Assembly: GCA_965220085.1 (NCBI GenBank)
Contig: CBDCOZ010000003.1
Coordinates: 416,001 to 480,000, forward strand
Length of the DNA stretch: 64,000 nt
Reading direction: 5' to 3'
DNA from: Candidatus Oxydemutatoraceae bacterium
Lineage (GTDB): Bacteria > Pseudomonadota > Gammaproteobacteria > Poriferisulfidales > Oxydemutatoraceae
The notes beneath the pieces are model-generated. The model searched no databases, was not told the origin of the DNA, and worked only from the letters and a program-made list of their open reading frames with translations. Positions 60,689 through 64,000 of the stretch are shown here, piece after piece. Positions within the stretch are counted from its first letter, which is position 1. Each line of letters opens with the position of its first letter. A program made the translations under genes and the position numbers.

Positions 60689-61525
60689 TTGTGCTATGAT
60701 GACCGCATTGATTCGTTGGGAGTATTTGATATGACTGCTATGACTGCCATGACCGCGCCACAACGCCTGCTTCGCTGGCTTGTTGTCGCCTGCATTGCGG
60801 GTGCGCTGGCGCTGGCGTTGCCGGTAGTTTGGGATCTCATAGCGCCGGCCGATGCCGCCACGCCGAGCGCACAGCAAGCCTCCGGAGCGGGCGCAGCACA
60901 AGCGGCCGCACAGGCCGGCCTGAGCCTCTGGCAGGCGCTGTCCATAATGGGAGCCGGTTTTGCCTTGATTATGAGCGCCCTCGTGGGCACATGGATATGG
61001 CTAGATGCCAAATTCGGACGCATGGAAGCCAAGTTTGACGACAGGTTCAAGGAAGCGGATGCCAAGGCGGATGCCAGAACCAGAGAATCGGAGGCCAAGG
61101 TGGATGCCAGATTTGAGCGCATGGAAGCCAAGTTTGACGACAGGTTCAAGGAAGCGGAGGCCAAGGCGGATGCCAGATTTGAGCGCATGGAAGCCAAGTT
61201 TGACGACAAGTTCAAGGAAGTGGATGCCAGATTTGAGCGCATGGAAGCCAAGTTTGACGACAAGTTCAAGGAAGTGGATGCCAGATTTGAGCGCATGGAA
61301 GCCAAGTTTGACGACAAGTTCAAGGAAGTGGATGCCAGATTTGAGCGCATGGAAGCCAAGTTTAGCGACAGGTTCAAGGAAGTGGATGCCAGATTTGAGC
61401 GCATGGAAGTCAAGTTTGAGCGCATGGATGACAAGTTGAATGCCATTATCATGCATCTGGCAGGCATCAAGCGGGGCGACGATACGTTGCGCATTCAGGA
61501 TCAACGCCCCGAGGAAGCGTTGTAA
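60689..61525 (+). CDS. Membrane-anchored coiled-coil repeat protein (Bdr/DUF1640-like); start may be 60731 or later
   Basis: Two hydrophobic segments, then 54-bp repeats encoding RMEAKFDDKFKEVDARFE at about 61019-61440. Confidence 0.8.
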   Translation: MCYDDRIDSLGVFDMTAMTAMTAPQRLLRWLVVACIAGALALALPVVWDLIAPADAATPSAQQASGAGAAQAAAQAGLSLWQALSIMGAGFALIMSALVGTWIWLDAKFGRMEAKFDDRFKEADAKADARTRESEAKVDARFERMEAKFDDRFKEAEAKADARFERMEAKFDDKFKEVDARFERMEAKFDDKFKEVDARFERMEAKFDDKFKEVDARFERMEAKFSDRFKEVDARFERMEVKFERMDDKLNAIIMHLAGIKRGDDTLRIQDQRPEEAL

Positions 61526-61601
61526 TGAGACGAAAGGCGGAGTGGCAAAGACACTTGCAAACTGCCAACCAATTTATACGGCCGCCGTCAGAAGGAATGC
61601 C

Positions 61602-62020
61602 ATGAGCCGACAATTTTTAATCTCTCTCCCCTATGCGCATTCATTTTTGCGGCGGGGTTTGCGCGGCGCCGGCGCTCGCTTGCGCCTTCGTCGCGAACAG
61701 CGCACAAGCGCAAAAATGTGATCCAGACAAGCCGCTAATAGACCCGGAAGGCGGTTGCTGGGACATATGTCCGGCAGAATACCCGCTGTTAAACGGAAAC
61801 GCTTGCGTCGCCGCATGTCCGACAGACAAGCCGCTGACAAACGAAGGCTCTTGCGTTGCCGGTTGTCCGCAAGGACGAGAGGCTGTTAGCGGAACTTGCT
61901 ATGCCGTCTGCGAAGAAGGGCAAACGCGCCTCACGAAAGTAATTGGCGTTGGCGCTCCCGATGATACCGGTTGCGATGCCGAAGACGCGGCGGAGATTCT
62001 GCAGGATTGTGAGTTCCTGT
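61602..62020 (+). pseudogene. Disrupted secreted Cys-rich (furin-like repeat) protein
   Basis: AQAQ signal end then CWDICPAEYPLLNGNACVAACPTDKPLTNEGSCVAGCP; leader from ATG 61602 is out of frame; the ORF runs into a repeat array. Confidence 0.55.
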
Positions 62021-62985
62021 GTTGGAGTATCCCCTTTGCGAGGGCAACTGTGCGCGGAATGATCGGGTTGCGATGCCGAATAACTCGGCCTTGCGGGGAA
62101 ACGACTGGCAGGCAGCCTAGCGGTAGCCATCCCGAAACTTCCTTCCTCGCGTTGGAGTATCCCCTTTGCGAGGGCAACTGTGCGCGGAATGATCGGGTTG
62201 CGATGCCGAAGGACTCCTTTTGCGGGGGGCTGACTGGCAGGGATGAACCCGGAGCCTCTGGCAGGCATTGGGAGAGTCATGGCCTGTGCAAGTCATTGTT
62301 TCCCTCACCGGCGCGTCGTAGCCGATGTGTTGCTATTGCCTGTCGTGTTGATGCCAGGAATCCGGAGTGTTTCTGGCATTGTTCATGGAGTATCTCCTTG
62401 CGGGCAACTGTGCGCGGAATAATCAGGTTGCGATGCCGAATAACTCGGCCTTGCGGGGAAACGACTGGCAGGCAGCCTAGCGGTAGCCATCCCGAAACTT
62501 CCTTCCTCGCGTTGGAGTATCCCCTTTGCGAGGGCAACTGTGCGCGGAATGATCGGGTTGCGATGCCGAAGGACTCCTTTTGCGGGGGGCTGACTGGCAG
62601 GGATGAACCCGGAGCCTCTGGCAGGCATTGGGAGAGTCATGGCCTGAGCAAGTCATTGTTTCCCTCACCGGCGCGTCGTAGCCGATGTGTTGCTATTGCC
62701 TGTCGTGTTGATGCCAGGAATCCGGAGTGTTTCTGGCATTGTTCATGGAGTATCTCCTTGCGGGGCAACTGTGCGCGGAATAATCAGGTTGCGATGCCGA
62801 ATAACTCGGCCTTGCGGGGAAACGACTGGCAGGCAGCCTAGCGGTAGCCATCCCAAGACTTTCTTCCCTGCGTTGGAGTATCCCCTTTGCGAGGGCAACT
62901 GTGCGCGGAATAATCAGGTTGCGATGCCGAAGGACTCAACTCCTTGCGGGGGAGGGCTGACTGGCAGGGATGAACCCGGTGCGTC
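62021..62985. repeat. Tandem repeat, about 360-bp period, about 2.6 copies, with an internal roughly 60-bp subrepeat
   Basis: TGGAGTATC.CC.TTGCG.GGGCAACTGTGCGCGGAAT.ATC.GGTTGCGATGCCGAA near 62021, 62151, 62385, 62511, 62745, 62872. Confidence 0.9.
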
Positions 62986-63101
62986 TGCGGGTCGCGCAAG
63001 GCACATCGAGCAACTCGGTTTTGCTTTTGGCGTTTCCCTCACCGGCGCGTCTGCGGGTCGCGCAAGGGGAGGGTTGTGCGAAGGGGAATATAGCAGGCAA
63101 T

Positions 63102-63131
63102 AAAAAAAAGCCCGGCCATAGGCCGGGCTTA
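63102..63131 (-). terminator. Rho-independent terminator of the histone-like gene
   Basis: Minus strand AAGCCCGGCC-TAT-GGCCGGGC-TTTTTTTT. Confidence 0.9.
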
Positions 63132-63155
63132 ATAGGCAAGCACGGTGTGCCGTGC

Positions 63156-63563
63156 TTACCCTCTTCTAGCGGTTTTCCGCTTAACGGTGCGCTTCTTAGG
63201 AGCCGCTTTCCGCTTAACGGTGCGCTTCTTAGGAGCCGCTTTCCGCTTAACGGTGCGCTTCTTAGGAGCTGCTTTCCGCTTGACGGTGCGCTTCTTAGGG
63301 GCCGCTTTCCGCTTAACGGTGCGCTTCTTAGGAGCTGCTTTCCGCTTAACGGTGCGCTTCTTAGGAGCTGCTTTCCGCTTGACGGTGCGCTTCTTAGGAG
63401 CCGCTTTCCGCTTGACGGTGCGCTTCTTAGGAGCCGCTTTCCGCTTGACAGTACGCTTCTTAGGAGCTGCTTTCCGCTTAGCGGAAGCGCTCTTTAAAGC
63501 GATTCTACGTTTCGTTGGCCGTTTTTTGGTCAACTTCTTTTTAGTACGCCTTTTTATGGCCAT
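63156..63563 (-). CDS. Histone H1-like basic repeat protein (Hc2/AlgP-like)
   Basis: Nine KRKAAPKKRTV units (33 bp) with synonymous variation; GAGGAG RBS; own terminator. Confidence 0.88.
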   Translation of the reverse strand: MAIKRRTKKKLTKKRPTKRRIALKSASAKRKAAPKKRTVKRKAAPKKRTVKRKAAPKKRTVKRKAAPKKRTVKRKAAPKKRTVKRKAAPKKRTVKRKAAPKKRTVKRKAAPKKRTVKRKAAPKKRTVKRKTARRG

Positions 63564-64000
63564 CACTATCTCCTCTTGGTTTGGGAAAAAAGTCTGTGAC
63601 ATCCTCCCGTCGCATCGCCTTTCGCTTGCGGCTCGGGCTCTGCGCCTCCCGCGCGGGGAGAGACGGGGTTGGGATATGATTCTTTAAATAGGACACCTCC
63701 GTGGAAACCGTTACACCCCCTATTCTTAAATCTCGCGATTTAAGATGCAAAGTCTTAGCGCCCGTCACAAGGCTTCTCATTGCTTGATGAGCATGCACAA
63801 CGGAGAGCGCTTCAACTTTTCGTTGTTTTAGAGTAAGACTAAGAATATTGAGGTTATTGACGTGAGTCACAGAGGTATCCTGGTTTTTCAAATTGTTCTT
63901 GCAGGTGTTGTTGGTCAAGCCTGCTTTTAATTCGTTCAGAGAGGGTTTTGGCGTCTTTTTGACAGCGTCTGCGCGATTCAAGCAGTTGGTCGGCCATATT

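Noticed and set aside
60694-61504. Long antisense and alternative-frame ORFs over the coiled-coil repeat gene
   Set aside because: By-products of a stop-free 54-bp repeat.
62021-62985. 360-bp repeats as a CRISPR array or DGR template/variable repeat
   Set aside because: The intervening sequences are themselves repeated, differences are not adenine-specific, and no reverse transcriptase is present.
62970-63687. Plus-strand ORFs with AAFRLTVRFLG or FPLNGALLRS repeats
   Set aside because: Shadows of the minus-strand histone-like gene, which has the RBS and terminator.
63690-63722. Minus-strand GGGGGTGTAACGGTTTCCACGG resembling a tmRNA 5' end
   Set aside because: The TTCGAC motif is imperfect, and I see no tag reading frame or matching tRNA-like 3' end.
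63541-64000. Minus-strand ORF running off the window end
   Set aside because: No recognisable motif, overlaps the start of the histone-like gene, and cannot be judged without flanking sequence.

Overview
A 64-kb chromosomal segment of a gammaproteobacterium, probably marine and possibly host-associated (inferred from Na+-NQR, many rhodanese/YeeE genes and repeat-rich surface proteins). The core blocks are yebC-ruvCAB-(ybgC pseudogene)-tolQRAB-cpoB-queE-queC, tRNA-Lys, tldD-pmbA-yaaA-mpl, hemL, nqrA-F-apbE-nqrM, sseA/rhodanese, bolA, tatD, dinB and a type II secretion cluster (gspC-D-exeA-exeB-gspE to gspN). Accessory regions at about 9-12 kb and 50-64 kb are rich in local duplications. The best lead is a possible modular surface-display system. 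Two secreted Ig/cadherin-repeat proteins end in an identical RLRLRLFLEGPLR tail. From my recollection of the family, this tail resembles the first beta-strand of a Bacteroidota-type dockerin-like C-terminal domain, and the rest of that domain is encoded separately as a secreted protein at 53.2-54.1 kb. That gene is followed by a large GlyGly-CTERM protein with a possible cohesin-like N-terminus and then a rhombosortase, all downstream of the T2SS. All family assignments come from reading motifs by eye; no searches were run.
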